Virus record (IMG/VR): IMGVR_UViG_3300027917_000026
DNA from: an uncultured virus (IMG/VR IMGVR_UViG_3300027917_000026)
Lineage: Duplodnaviria; Heunggongvirae; Uroviricota; Caudoviricetes
Strand: one strand, 5' to 3'
Length of the DNA: 34,837 bases
Shown: positions 26,958 to 34,837 of the stretch, piece after piece
How the letters are laid out: each line of letters begins with the position of its first letter
How positions within the stretch are numbered: the stretch's first letter is position 1
Notes under the pieces: model-generated
What the model saw: only the letters and a program-made list of their open reading frames with translations
The model's database searches: none
What the model was told of the DNA's origin: nothing
Position numbers and translations under genes: made by a program

Positions 26958-27187
26958 CAACTACAGTATTTATAAGATTTCAGATATCTACGATCATTGG
27001 AATTGGGTGGCCTTCGGGAAACACGCGGCATTAGCGGCTTTGCCGAAGGTACTGATTTGAAAAAAAATAATAAAAATGTCACATTTTTTTTCACTGACAT
27101 TTTTTTGATGTTATAATATAGTATAATTTGAAATTGGATCATTTCGATCCGCAAACCAAAACCCATTTCATAAGGAGGTATTTTACC

Positions 27188-27982
27188 ATGGCAACAAAAA
27201 AGCAATTAGTAGCAAACATCAAGAAAATCAACAAGCTGGAATTGGTCGATGAAATTGATATCGATCAGGATGCGGAAGATCTGCAAGAGGATTTCATTTC
27301 CGCCATCGAAGAAATTGACGATGAGGGTGACACCGCAAAGGTGCCTGATAAAGTCCTTGACTTCTATGAAAGCCTTGTCGATGACGATGATGAGGATGAG
27401 GATGACGATGACGAATCCGATGACGATGATGAATCCGATGAGGATGAAGAGGATGAAGAGGATGATGACGATGATGACGATGAGGATGATGATGAAGAGG
27501 AATCCGATGATGATGACGATGAGGATGATGACGATGAGGATGATGATGATGAAGAGGAACCGGAACCTGTAAAGAAAAAGAAGTCATCCAAAAAAGCCAA
27601 AGGTAAAGCCAAAGGAAAAGCCAAAGGTAAAGCCAAAGGAAAAGCCAAGGCGAAAAAGGAAACCAAAAAGAAGTCATCCAAAAAGGCTGACAAAAAGGCT
27701 GACAAAAAAGCCAAAGGCAAAAAGGCTGACAAAAAAGCCGCGAAGAAAAAGGCACAAACCCCGATGCCCGATATCGTTGTATCGGCCTTCACCAAAATCA
27801 AAGGCAAAAAGACACCCCTTGCAAAGATCGTAGACAATGTGATTAAAGTCCGTAAAAAAGAGGGTGCCACTGGCGGCGAGTCCATTGCGAAGCAATACGT
27901 TAACGTGATGGCAAAGGCTTTGATCGGATTGGGTTTTGCGAAAGAAACCAAAAAAGGAGTCATTCGCATTAACAAAAAGTAA
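27188..27982 (+). CDS. Protein with poly-Asp/Glu tract and histone-H1-like Lys/Ala tract
   Basis: SD AAGGAGG; about 60-residue D/E run followed by KAKG repeats. Confidence 0.85.
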   Translation: MATKKQLVANIKKINKLELVDEIDIDQDAEDLQEDFISAIEEIDDEGDTAKVPDKVLDFYESLVDDDDEDEDDDDESDDDDESDEDEEDEEDDDDDDDEDDDEEESDDDDDEDDDDEDDDDEEEPEPVKKKKSSKKAKGKAKGKAKGKAKGKAKAKKETKKKSSKKADKKADKKAKGKKADKKAAKKKAQTPMPDIVVSAFTKIKGKKTPLAKIVDNVIKVRKKEGATGGESIAKQYVNVMAKALIGLGFAKETKKGVIRINKK

Positions 27983-28040
27983 TTTCAGATCGGCGGCGAA
28001 AATAAATAAGATTAATCCTCCTATTTAAAACTGTCGCCGT

Positions 28041-28073
28041 TGGGTGCGGTGTAAAAGCCGCACCCATTTTTTT
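28041..28073 (+). terminator. Intrinsic terminator
   Basis: TGGGTGCGG/CCGCACCCA stem + T7. Confidence 0.85.
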
Positions 28074-28104
28074 GACTTACATTCCAAACAAATGGAGTAC
28101 TTCC

Positions 28105-29382
28105 ATGGCAAAGAAAAAACTCAATGTCTTACTTGTCGAACCCCCATACCGCGCCGTTCATCTACCATTCGGATTGCAAAAAATATCTACATATCATTTG
28201 AAACGTGGTGATAAAGTCACGTTTATCCATGACCATCCGAAGAACGTTTTCACGTTCAGCAAGAAACCGCATTTCCATAGGATCTATGTCACATCTGTTT
28301 TTACTTACAACGGCAAGATCGTTGTAAATACCGTGAAATATCTACAAAGACTTTTTCCTGATTCGCGTATTATGATCGGCGGAATATTCGCAACCCTTAT
28401 GCCTGACTATGTTGAGCAAGAAACAGGAATTACACCGTGGACTGGTTTATATCCAAAAGTTGAAGATCTCAAACCCGATTACTCTATATTCCCATTGGGT
28501 AAGCAAGCCTGTTGTATTACTTCCCGTGGGTGTGTACGGAATTGCGAGTTTTGCGCAGTATCAGATTTGGAGCCGGGTTTTTCTTTAGAAGTAAAATGGC
28601 GTGAACAAATACTTGCGGGTTATGAGGCGGGTTTGCGCCATCTGAATATACAAGATAACAACTACCTTGCAAACCCATATTCCCATCAAAAAGAGGTTAC
28701 AGAATTCCTACTAAAATTTCCTGATATGACCATTGACTTTAATCAAGCAATTGATTGCCGTTTGTTTACAGATAAAAAAGCAAAACTTATGGCAAAGCTT
28801 AAAATACCCGTATTGAGATTTGCATTCGATGGAATGCAATCTGATAAGTATTTCCAGAAGGCTTGTCGGCTTGCCAAAAAACTTAAAGTCGGAAAAGATA
28901 TTACTTCATACACTCTTTACAATTTTGATGATACGCCCGAAGACTTTTGGTATAGGTTAAATGAGATATTTAAAAGCGGCACAAATGCATTTCCGATGAA
29001 GTACGTTCCGCTTGACGCACTTGACAAGTCATTTATCGGAAAGCACTGGACGCGATCCATGCTGAAAAATTTTCAACAACTAATGCGCAAGTGGTCAACT
29101 ACTGGCGCAACCTTATCTCATAGGGGTCACAAGAAGTGGAAAAATCACCGTATTGGCAGAACAGCCGAAGAATTTGTTGAAATGCTGAATGCACCACGTA
29201 TCAGTAGTAAACACTTTGTTGACTTGCGCTCAAGTGACCGAGCAAGATCTACAGGGTTCGGCCTGACCGACAGATCCGAAATTGAGGATTCACTCGAAAG
29301 AAATGTAAAAATAGGAGTACTTGACAAAAAGGGCAAACGCAAAGGGCGGCGCACCATGGGTAGAAATATTAAATATAAGTGA
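28105..29382 (+). CDS. Radical SAM protein with cobalamin-binding-like N-domain, paralog 1
   Basis: LLVEPP..PFGL, TSVFTY, GGIFAT, TSRGCVRNCEFC, DNN. Confidence 0.9.
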   Translation: MAKKKLNVLLVEPPYRAVHLPFGLQKISTYHLKRGDKVTFIHDHPKNVFTFSKKPHFHRIYVTSVFTYNGKIVVNTVKYLQRLFPDSRIMIGGIFATLMPDYVEQETGITPWTGLYPKVEDLKPDYSIFPLGKQACCITSRGCVRNCEFCAVSDLEPGFSLEVKWREQILAGYEAGLRHLNIQDNNYLANPYSHQKEVTEFLLKFPDMTIDFNQAIDCRLFTDKKAKLMAKLKIPVLRFAFDGMQSDKYFQKACRLAKKLKVGKDITSYTLYNFDDTPEDFWYRLNEIFKSGTNAFPMKYVPLDALDKSFIGKHWTRSMLKNFQQLMRKWSTTGATLSHRGHKKWKNHRIGRTAEEFVEMLNAPRISSKHFVDLRSSDRARSTGFGLTDRSEIEDSLERNVKIGVLDKKGKRKGRRTMGRNIKYK

Positions 29383-29389
29383 GAATCAA

Positions 29390-30679
29390 ATGACGAAAAA
29401 AATTAAAAGAAGAAAACAGGACATTTTACTTGTCGAACCACCTTACAAAGTATCCAATCTAAATCTTGGTTTGCAGAAGATTGCCACCTATCATTTGAAA
29501 CGTGGCGACCGAGTTGACTTCATCCATGACCATCCAAAGCACTATTTCTCTATGATTCAGCCGAAGCACTATGATAAAATTTATGTAACATCCGTTTTTA
29601 CATATCATGGAAAAATAGTAGTTAATACCATCAAATATCTACAACGTATTTTTCCGAATACTGAAATCCTTGTGGGTGGCATATTTGCTACCATGATGAG
29701 TGATTATGTTAAAAAGAAAACTGGAATCAAGCCATGGATCGGTATTTATCCAAAAGCGGAATTTCAAAAGCCTGACTACACTCTTTTCCCAAAACCGCAC
29801 CATGGCACCGTAATGACTTCTCGCGGATGCCCACGCAAATGCGAGTTTTGCGCAGTCAAATCTTTGGAACCAAAATTTAGTATTGTCAAAAGTTGGAAAA
29901 AACATATTGATGCTGGATATGAAGTCGGTCTAAAAAATATCTGTATTGTCGATAATAACTTTACAGCATTGCCATGGAAACATCAAAATGAGGTTGGCGA
30001 TTATGTCAATGGCTACAAGGATCTTTGGATTTTCTTTGCTTCTCTGGATACCCGTATATTCAAGGAACGCAACGCGAAACTATTTAATAAGTTAAAAATT
30101 TCATATATCTTTTGGGCATTTGATAACATGGAAGAGGATGGCCCATTCCAACGCGCAATGGAGTTATGTCATAAATATGCCCTTGCAAAAAATTATCATT
30201 GCTACGTACTTTACAACTTTGAGGATACGCCGCAAGAATTTTGGTATAGATTAAATGAAGTAATTAAATCGGGTGCCACGGCATTGCCTATGAAATATGT
30301 ACCTTTGAACGCATTGACTAAAACCGAATATGTAGGAAAACACTGGAACAAGAAAATGCTCAAAGGATTTATGAATCTATTGCGCCGCACCACACAAACA
30401 GGTGCATCCTTAAGTCACAATGCTTACAAACACAATGCTATCGGGCGATCAGCAGAAGAGTTTATAGATTTGATAACCAAAGATTATGTAAGTACTTCCT
30501 ATTTCAGCCAACTAAGGCAATCAGATCGTGCTTTGAATACTGGATTTGGATTAACAGATCGTAAAGATGTGATACAATCAAAAGAGAAACACAAGAAACG
30601 CAAGAAAATGAAGCAATTGAAAAAGTTGCAATATAGAACGGCTGACAAAGTACTACCCGGACAAGCCAAAAACAAATAA
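29390..30679 (+). CDS. Radical SAM protein with cobalamin-binding-like N-domain, paralog 2
   Basis: LLVEPP..LGL, TSVFTY, GGIFAT, TSRGCPRKCEFC, DNNF. Confidence 0.9.
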   Translation: MTKKIKRRKQDILLVEPPYKVSNLNLGLQKIATYHLKRGDRVDFIHDHPKHYFSMIQPKHYDKIYVTSVFTYHGKIVVNTIKYLQRIFPNTEILVGGIFATMMSDYVKKKTGIKPWIGIYPKAEFQKPDYTLFPKPHHGTVMTSRGCPRKCEFCAVKSLEPKFSIVKSWKKHIDAGYEVGLKNICIVDNNFTALPWKHQNEVGDYVNGYKDLWIFFASLDTRIFKERNAKLFNKLKISYIFWAFDNMEEDGPFQRAMELCHKYALAKNYHCYVLYNFEDTPQEFWYRLNEVIKSGATALPMKYVPLNALTKTEYVGKHWNKKMLKGFMNLLRRTTQTGASLSHNAYKHNAIGRSAEEFIDLITKDYVSTSYFSQLRQSDRALNTGFGLTDRKDVIQSKEKHKKRKKMKQLKKLQYRTADKVLPGQAKNK

Positions 30680-30700
30680 CTACAAAAAGGAGGCAACACA

Positions 30701-31729
30701 ATGAAATATGAATGTGGGGTATTGCTCAAAGCATTGGATTCGGTAAAGGATATTGCGAAGTCAATTCGCATTCGTGAAAAGACCGCTTGTGTAATGCTTG
30801 CTCATAATCAAATCATTGCTCAAAATGATGAATGCTACATTGCATTCAGTTTTGACCACAATATTGAAATGGCTGTTTTACCATTCGATAAACTTTACAA
30901 TCTGATATCCTATTTTCCGGCATCCACAAAAGTAGCAATGTCAAAAAAGGATGGCAAAGTAGTCATCAAACTGAAAGGCAAAACCAAATCGTCTCAATCC
31001 ACGATTGCCGAGATACAGGATGAAGACATTGCCTATATCGATCCGCCGCTTGACGGATGGGATGACTTGCCGGATGACTTCGAAACAGGCTTGAAATTGT
31101 GCCGTTTCTGTTTGCCAAAAGAATCATTGAATCCAGCTTTGACTACATTTGGTATTGACGGTGATACCATTTACACGTCAGACGATTTTAGGATCAGCAA
31201 ATATAAAATGTCAGATTCGTTTGACAGAAGTTTTACTATAAGTGGTGACAACGGCGGAATCATAATTGCCAATAACTTCTTGCGGTACATGCTTGAGGAT
31301 ACCTATATTGACTTGCGCAAGGGTGATGTGTTTGCGCGGATCATGCTGGGAATCGATGAATATCCTAAGATTGCCGAAGACCTGTTTTCCTATGATGAAA
31401 AAGTGACCGTTGCCAAGTCATCATTTTTGACAGCACTAGACCGAGCATCACTCTTTGCTGAAGGCCTTTCAGAGATTGACTACGCCATGGAATTCTTTAT
31501 TAAAGACAATTCCTATACTTTCAAGGCACAAAACGAATTTGGAAAGAATACGGAAAACGGCACACTCAAAGGTAGTATTTCCAAAGATCTGTCGGTCAAT
31601 CCTGTTTACTTATCACAAGCACTGAAAAATTTATCTTCCAAAAAATGCGATATTGGCATTGATGAAAACAACCGATTGATCTTCGCTGAAAAAGGATTCT
31701 CACACATTTTGGCAACCTATAACAAATAG
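30701..31729 (+). CDS. DNA polymerase III beta (sliding clamp)-like protein
   Basis: 342 aa; P.LT, TSDDFRI, YP, LDRASLF, NPVYL motifs; near the clamp loader. Confidence 0.75.
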   Translation: MKYECGVLLKALDSVKDIAKSIRIREKTACVMLAHNQIIAQNDECYIAFSFDHNIEMAVLPFDKLYNLISYFPASTKVAMSKKDGKVVIKLKGKTKSSQSTIAEIQDEDIAYIDPPLDGWDDLPDDFETGLKLCRFCLPKESLNPALTTFGIDGDTIYTSDDFRISKYKMSDSFDRSFTISGDNGGIIIANNFLRYMLEDTYIDLRKGDVFARIMLGIDEYPKIAEDLFSYDEKVTVAKSSFLTALDRASLFAEGLSEIDYAMEFFIKDNSYTFKAQNEFGKNTENGTLKGSISKDLSVNPVYLSQALKNLSSKKCDIGIDENNRLIFAEKGFSHILATYNK

Positions 31730-31738
31730 GGGTTTGCA

Positions 31739-31897
31739 ATGTTTGAATATTTATTTTTCGGGTTTTTTGGTGTAGTAATCGGGGCAATTGTGGGCGTGGT
31801 ATTGCAAAGCATTTCAGGAAGTGGATTGCTTGCATGGTTCGGCGCAATTACTACATTGCTAGTTTTCCTTTTCATCGGATGGGTTGAAAATCAATAG
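31739..31897 (+). CDS. 52-aa two-TM membrane protein
   Basis: Hand-translated MFEYLFFGFFGVVIGAIVGVVLQ...; SD AGGGG. Confidence 0.65.
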   Translation: MFEYLFFGFFGVVIGAIVGVVLQSISGSGLLAWFGAITTLLVFLFIGWVENQ

Positions 31898-31906
31898 GAG
31901 TGAATC

Positions 31907-32137
31907 ATGGGTGAATTTGTCAAAAGAGAAATCGAGCGATATCAAGACAAATACAACACCATTTGGTTTTTACAGGGTAGCAAACCCACACCAAAATTTT
32001 TGGTCGATGATATTTTGCAATGCAAATTTGAAAGATTTGGTAGCAATGCATCAGGCGAAGATATGTATTGGAAAACCCCACTCGCAAATATCACAACCCG
32101 CTTGAATGGTGAAGATTCGGCGGGTGACAGGAGGTAA
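31907..32137 (+). CDS. Hypothetical protein
   Basis: SD AGGAG. Confidence 0.7.
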   Translation: MGEFVKREIERYQDKYNTIWFLQGSKPTPKFLVDDILQCKFERFGSNASGEDMYWKTPLANITTRLNGEDSAGDRR

Positions 32138-32139
32138 TT

Positions 32140-32370
32140 ATGCCAATAACATTGCGCGACAAATATCAACATGACCCGCATTTTAAATCACTTGTAGATA
32201 TTATGGTTTCTAATATTCAAGCATTTCATTTTACTCCATCGGAAATGCGTGAGGCGGCAATGTTGGCATCGATCATTTATGAAGAACACAACATATCCCG
32301 CATGAAATTTGTCGAACCTGATATTGAAGCCGCGTTAAGGGTAATCAGAAAACGGTTAGAAAAGGAGTAA
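32140..32370 (+). CDS. Conserved small phage protein (Y..DP.F..LVD...TPSE.REAA)
   Basis: SD AGGAGG. Confidence 0.75.
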   Translation: MPITLRDKYQHDPHFKSLVDIMVSNIQAFHFTPSEMREAAMLASIIYEEHNISRMKFVEPDIEAALRVIRKRLEKE

Positions 32371-32373
32371 ATC

Positions 32374-33303
32374 ATGGCAAGCCTAGACAAAAAATACAGG
32401 CCGAAAACTTTAAAACGTATTGTAGGAAATAAGCAAATAGTCATTACCTTGAAATCATTTTTTAGAAATCCCGATTCTTTTCCGGCGACCATATTACTAC
32501 AAGGCCCGAGTGGTTGCGGCAAGACAACGTTGGCGCGGATCATTGCCAAGATGCTGAAAGTCGGAAAAGGAAATGTCTACGAATTAAATATCGGCACGCA
32601 AAGAAAAATTGACGATGCAAGGGCAATCCTTGAAAACCTTAGATATTCACCTATGCATGGAAGTGGCAAGGTCATCGTATTGAATGAATGCCACAAAGCA
32701 AACAATGAATTTCAAAATGTCATGCTTGAAACACTTGAAGAACCACCACCCAATGTTTACTTCATTTTATGCACCACCAATCCAGAGAAACTTCTTGATA
32801 CCATTAAAACACGATCAACCATAATGACCGTTAGAACACTTGACCATGATGAGATCATGCAAGCAGTCAAATACGTTGCCCGAAAAGAAGGTAAGACAAT
32901 TGCATCCAGCATTGTCAGAAAAATAGCTACGGCAAGTCAAGGATCGCCGCGCTCCGCCTTGGTTATACTGAATCAAATCATAAATCTTAAAAGTAGTCAA
33001 AGAATGAAAGAGGTCATTGCAAATTACAATCCGATGGAAGATCCAAAGTTAAATGAATTCTGTCAGGCATTGCTCAAAGGCACTGGCTATAAGGGTTTGA
33101 TGAAGATAGTGAAAGGGCTTGACGGTGACGCGGAAGACATTCGATATAGAGTGCTTGACTATATGAGCAAGGTCTTGATTGACAAAGATAATGCGGTTGC
33201 CGCAATGGTCATAAATAATTTTTATGACTCTTTTCAATATGTAGGCAAAGCGGGTTTGGTGCTTGCCGTTTACAATGTTATTGCATCACTAGAGGAGGGA
33301 TAA
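32374..33303 (+). CDS. Clamp loader (DnaX gamma/tau-like AAA+)
   Basis: KYRP....IVG, GPSGCGKTTLARI, LEEPP, FILCTT, GSPR.AL. Confidence 0.92.
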   Translation: MASLDKKYRPKTLKRIVGNKQIVITLKSFFRNPDSFPATILLQGPSGCGKTTLARIIAKMLKVGKGNVYELNIGTQRKIDDARAILENLRYSPMHGSGKVIVLNECHKANNEFQNVMLETLEEPPPNVYFILCTTNPEKLLDTIKTRSTIMTVRTLDHDEIMQAVKYVARKEGKTIASSIVRKIATASQGSPRSALVILNQIINLKSSQRMKEVIANYNPMEDPKLNEFCQALLKGTGYKGLMKIVKGLDGDAEDIRYRVLDYMSKVLIDKDNAVAAMVINNFYDSFQYVGKAGLVLAVYNVIASLEEG

Positions 33304-33605
33304 TGACTGATTTAATTTTCAATGGCCCAGAATTAGAGGAAGAGGATTTAACTTTGGAATTGTCTAGAGATCTTGACCGCATTGGCTTATCACAAAAAAA
33401 ACTACAAATGATCGGTGCCGCTATATTCAGTGAATTGGCGCGGATAATCAATCATCCTGATTTTTGGAAATATAACTACACTGGCCGTGGGCGAACACTT
33501 GACCTTTACGAAACCAAAAGGGCATTTGTAGAGATACTACTAAACAAATCTGAAAATCTTTTAATGAAAGCACTTGTGGATGAGAAAAATAAAAAGACGG
33601 ATTAA
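33303..33605 (+). CDS. Hypothetical protein
   Basis: TAATG coupling; SD GGAGGG. Confidence 0.65.
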   Translation: MTDLIFNGPELEEEDLTLELSRDLDRIGLSQKKLQMIGAAIFSELARIINHPDFWKYNYTGRGRTLDLYETKRAFVEILLNKSENLLMKALVDEKNKKTD

Positions 33606-34833
33606 ACCTTTTTTCAAAGTAGGCAAATCAAAACTATATCAAGGCAATGCACTTGCGATATTGCGGAAGATACCTGACGAATCCGTCCAATCCTGTATTA
33701 CTTCGCCGCCATACTGGGGGTTAAGGGATTATGACACAATCCCGCAAATATGGGATGAACGGCGCATTGGTTATTGCAAGCAATATATTGCTGATAACAG
33801 CAACACAATTGTTGAAGTAAATTATATCAGAAATGGTCACGATTGGGGCAAGCGTATTATCAAACGGCGAACACATACAGACCATGGCACATCAACACTT
33901 TCGGGTAGTAATAAAGATCAAATGAAAAGCACATCTTATAAGTCATCCTCCCAAGTTTGTAGGTATTGTGGCGCATGGCGCGGTTCACTAGGTCTTGAAC
34001 CGCATCCCGATTTATATGTAAATCATTTAGTACAAATATTTAATGAAGTAAAACGAATTCTGAAACCGAATGGTATTGCATGGCTGAATATTGGTGACAG
34101 CTACGCTGGGGGCGGCGGCGTGCATGGCATTCCCGATGATTGGGATTCGATATCTACAAAAAATCGTAGTAAACATCCTGATACAGTTGACCCAAAAAGA
34201 AACGCAAAAGCTATCGGCCTAAAACCCAAAGATCTTGTAGGCATTCCATGGAAAGTCGCGTTTGCCTTGCAATCAAGGGGATGGTATCTTCGCCAAGATA
34301 TTATTTGGAATAAACCAAATCCCATGCCGGAATCGGTAACAGACCGATGCACCAAAACCCATGAATATATCTTCTTATTATCAAAGTCTCAAAAATATTA
34401 TTTTGACTACAAAGCCATAAAGGAACCTTGCACACCCGCAAATATAGCGGATTTACGTGGTAGAAAAACAATGATGAACAAAGGCGACCATGGCGGCACT
34501 CGAAAAGATCTTGCGAGATCGCGCCTTGATTACATGGCTGAAGATCTTATGAGAAATAAAAGATCCGTCTGGACTATAAATTCATCTACATATAAAGGTG
34601 CCCATTTTGCGGTATTCCCTGAAGGTCTAATCAAGCCGTGTATTTTAGCGGGTACGAAAAAAGGTGATGTAGTAATTGATCCATTTGCCGGATCAGGTAC
34701 TACAGCAGTTCTATGTGAAAAGGCACACCGCAATTGGCTAGGAATCGAGTTATCAGAAAAATATTGTAAAATGATAAAGAGACGTGTTAAACCATATTAT
34801 AAAAGACGAATAGCTAGTTTAGGATTAACATAA
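33580..34833 (+). CDS. DNA methyltransferase, N6/N4 family, beta order (probably N4-cytosine)
   Basis: TSPPY motif IV precedes DPFAGSGTT motif I; WLNIGDSY, IIWNKPNPMPES, HFAVFP. Confidence 0.93.
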   Translation: MRKIKRRIKPFFKVGKSKLYQGNALAILRKIPDESVQSCITSPPYWGLRDYDTIPQIWDERRIGYCKQYIADNSNTIVEVNYIRNGHDWGKRIIKRRTHTDHGTSTLSGSNKDQMKSTSYKSSSQVCRYCGAWRGSLGLEPHPDLYVNHLVQIFNEVKRILKPNGIAWLNIGDSYAGGGGVHGIPDDWDSISTKNRSKHPDTVDPKRNAKAIGLKPKDLVGIPWKVAFALQSRGWYLRQDIIWNKPNPMPESVTDRCTKTHEYIFLLSKSQKYYFDYKAIKEPCTPANIADLRGRKTMMNKGDHGGTRKDLARSRLDYMAEDLMRNKRSVWTINSSTYKGAHFAVFPEGLIKPCILAGTKKGDVVIDPFAGSGTTAVLCEKAHRNWLGIELSEKYCKMIKRRVKPYYKRRIASLGLT

Positions 34834-34837
34834 AAGG

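Noticed and set aside
27249..27975. Poly-Met, poly-His and poly-Ser ORFs
   Set aside because: Alternative-frame and antisense readings of the GAT/GAG repeats encoding the acidic tract.

Overview
A fragment of a tailed dsDNA phage genome, apparently lytic (no integrase or repressor seen), with two divergent arms. Left arm (minus strand, 1-7316): small and large terminase, several small Zn-ribbon and membrane proteins, a cluster of very basic mini-proteins interrupted by a metacaspase-like protease, and the portal gene, which runs off the window edge. The gene just upstream of portal is missed by the ORF track. It has an in-frame TGA at codon 10 followed by a SECIS-like hairpin, making it a candidate phage selenoprotein. 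A non-coding gap of about 2.2 kb (7320-9550) holds divergent promoters, a short-repeat field and a roughly 800-nt highly base-paired segment with three copies of a loop-E-like motif (candidate large ncRNA). Right arm (plus strand): an early region of small genes, with about 14 related hairpin + strong Shine-Dalgarno leaders, that includes an HNH nuclease and a DUF2997/DUF1257/AAA/DUF3150-like set. A replication module follows: SF2 helicase, primase, putative initiator with a structured leader, DnaB, an acidic/H1-like protein, two tandem cobalamin-type radical SAM paralogs, beta clamp, clamp loader and a DNA methyltransferase. All calls come from reading motifs by eye; no database search was run.
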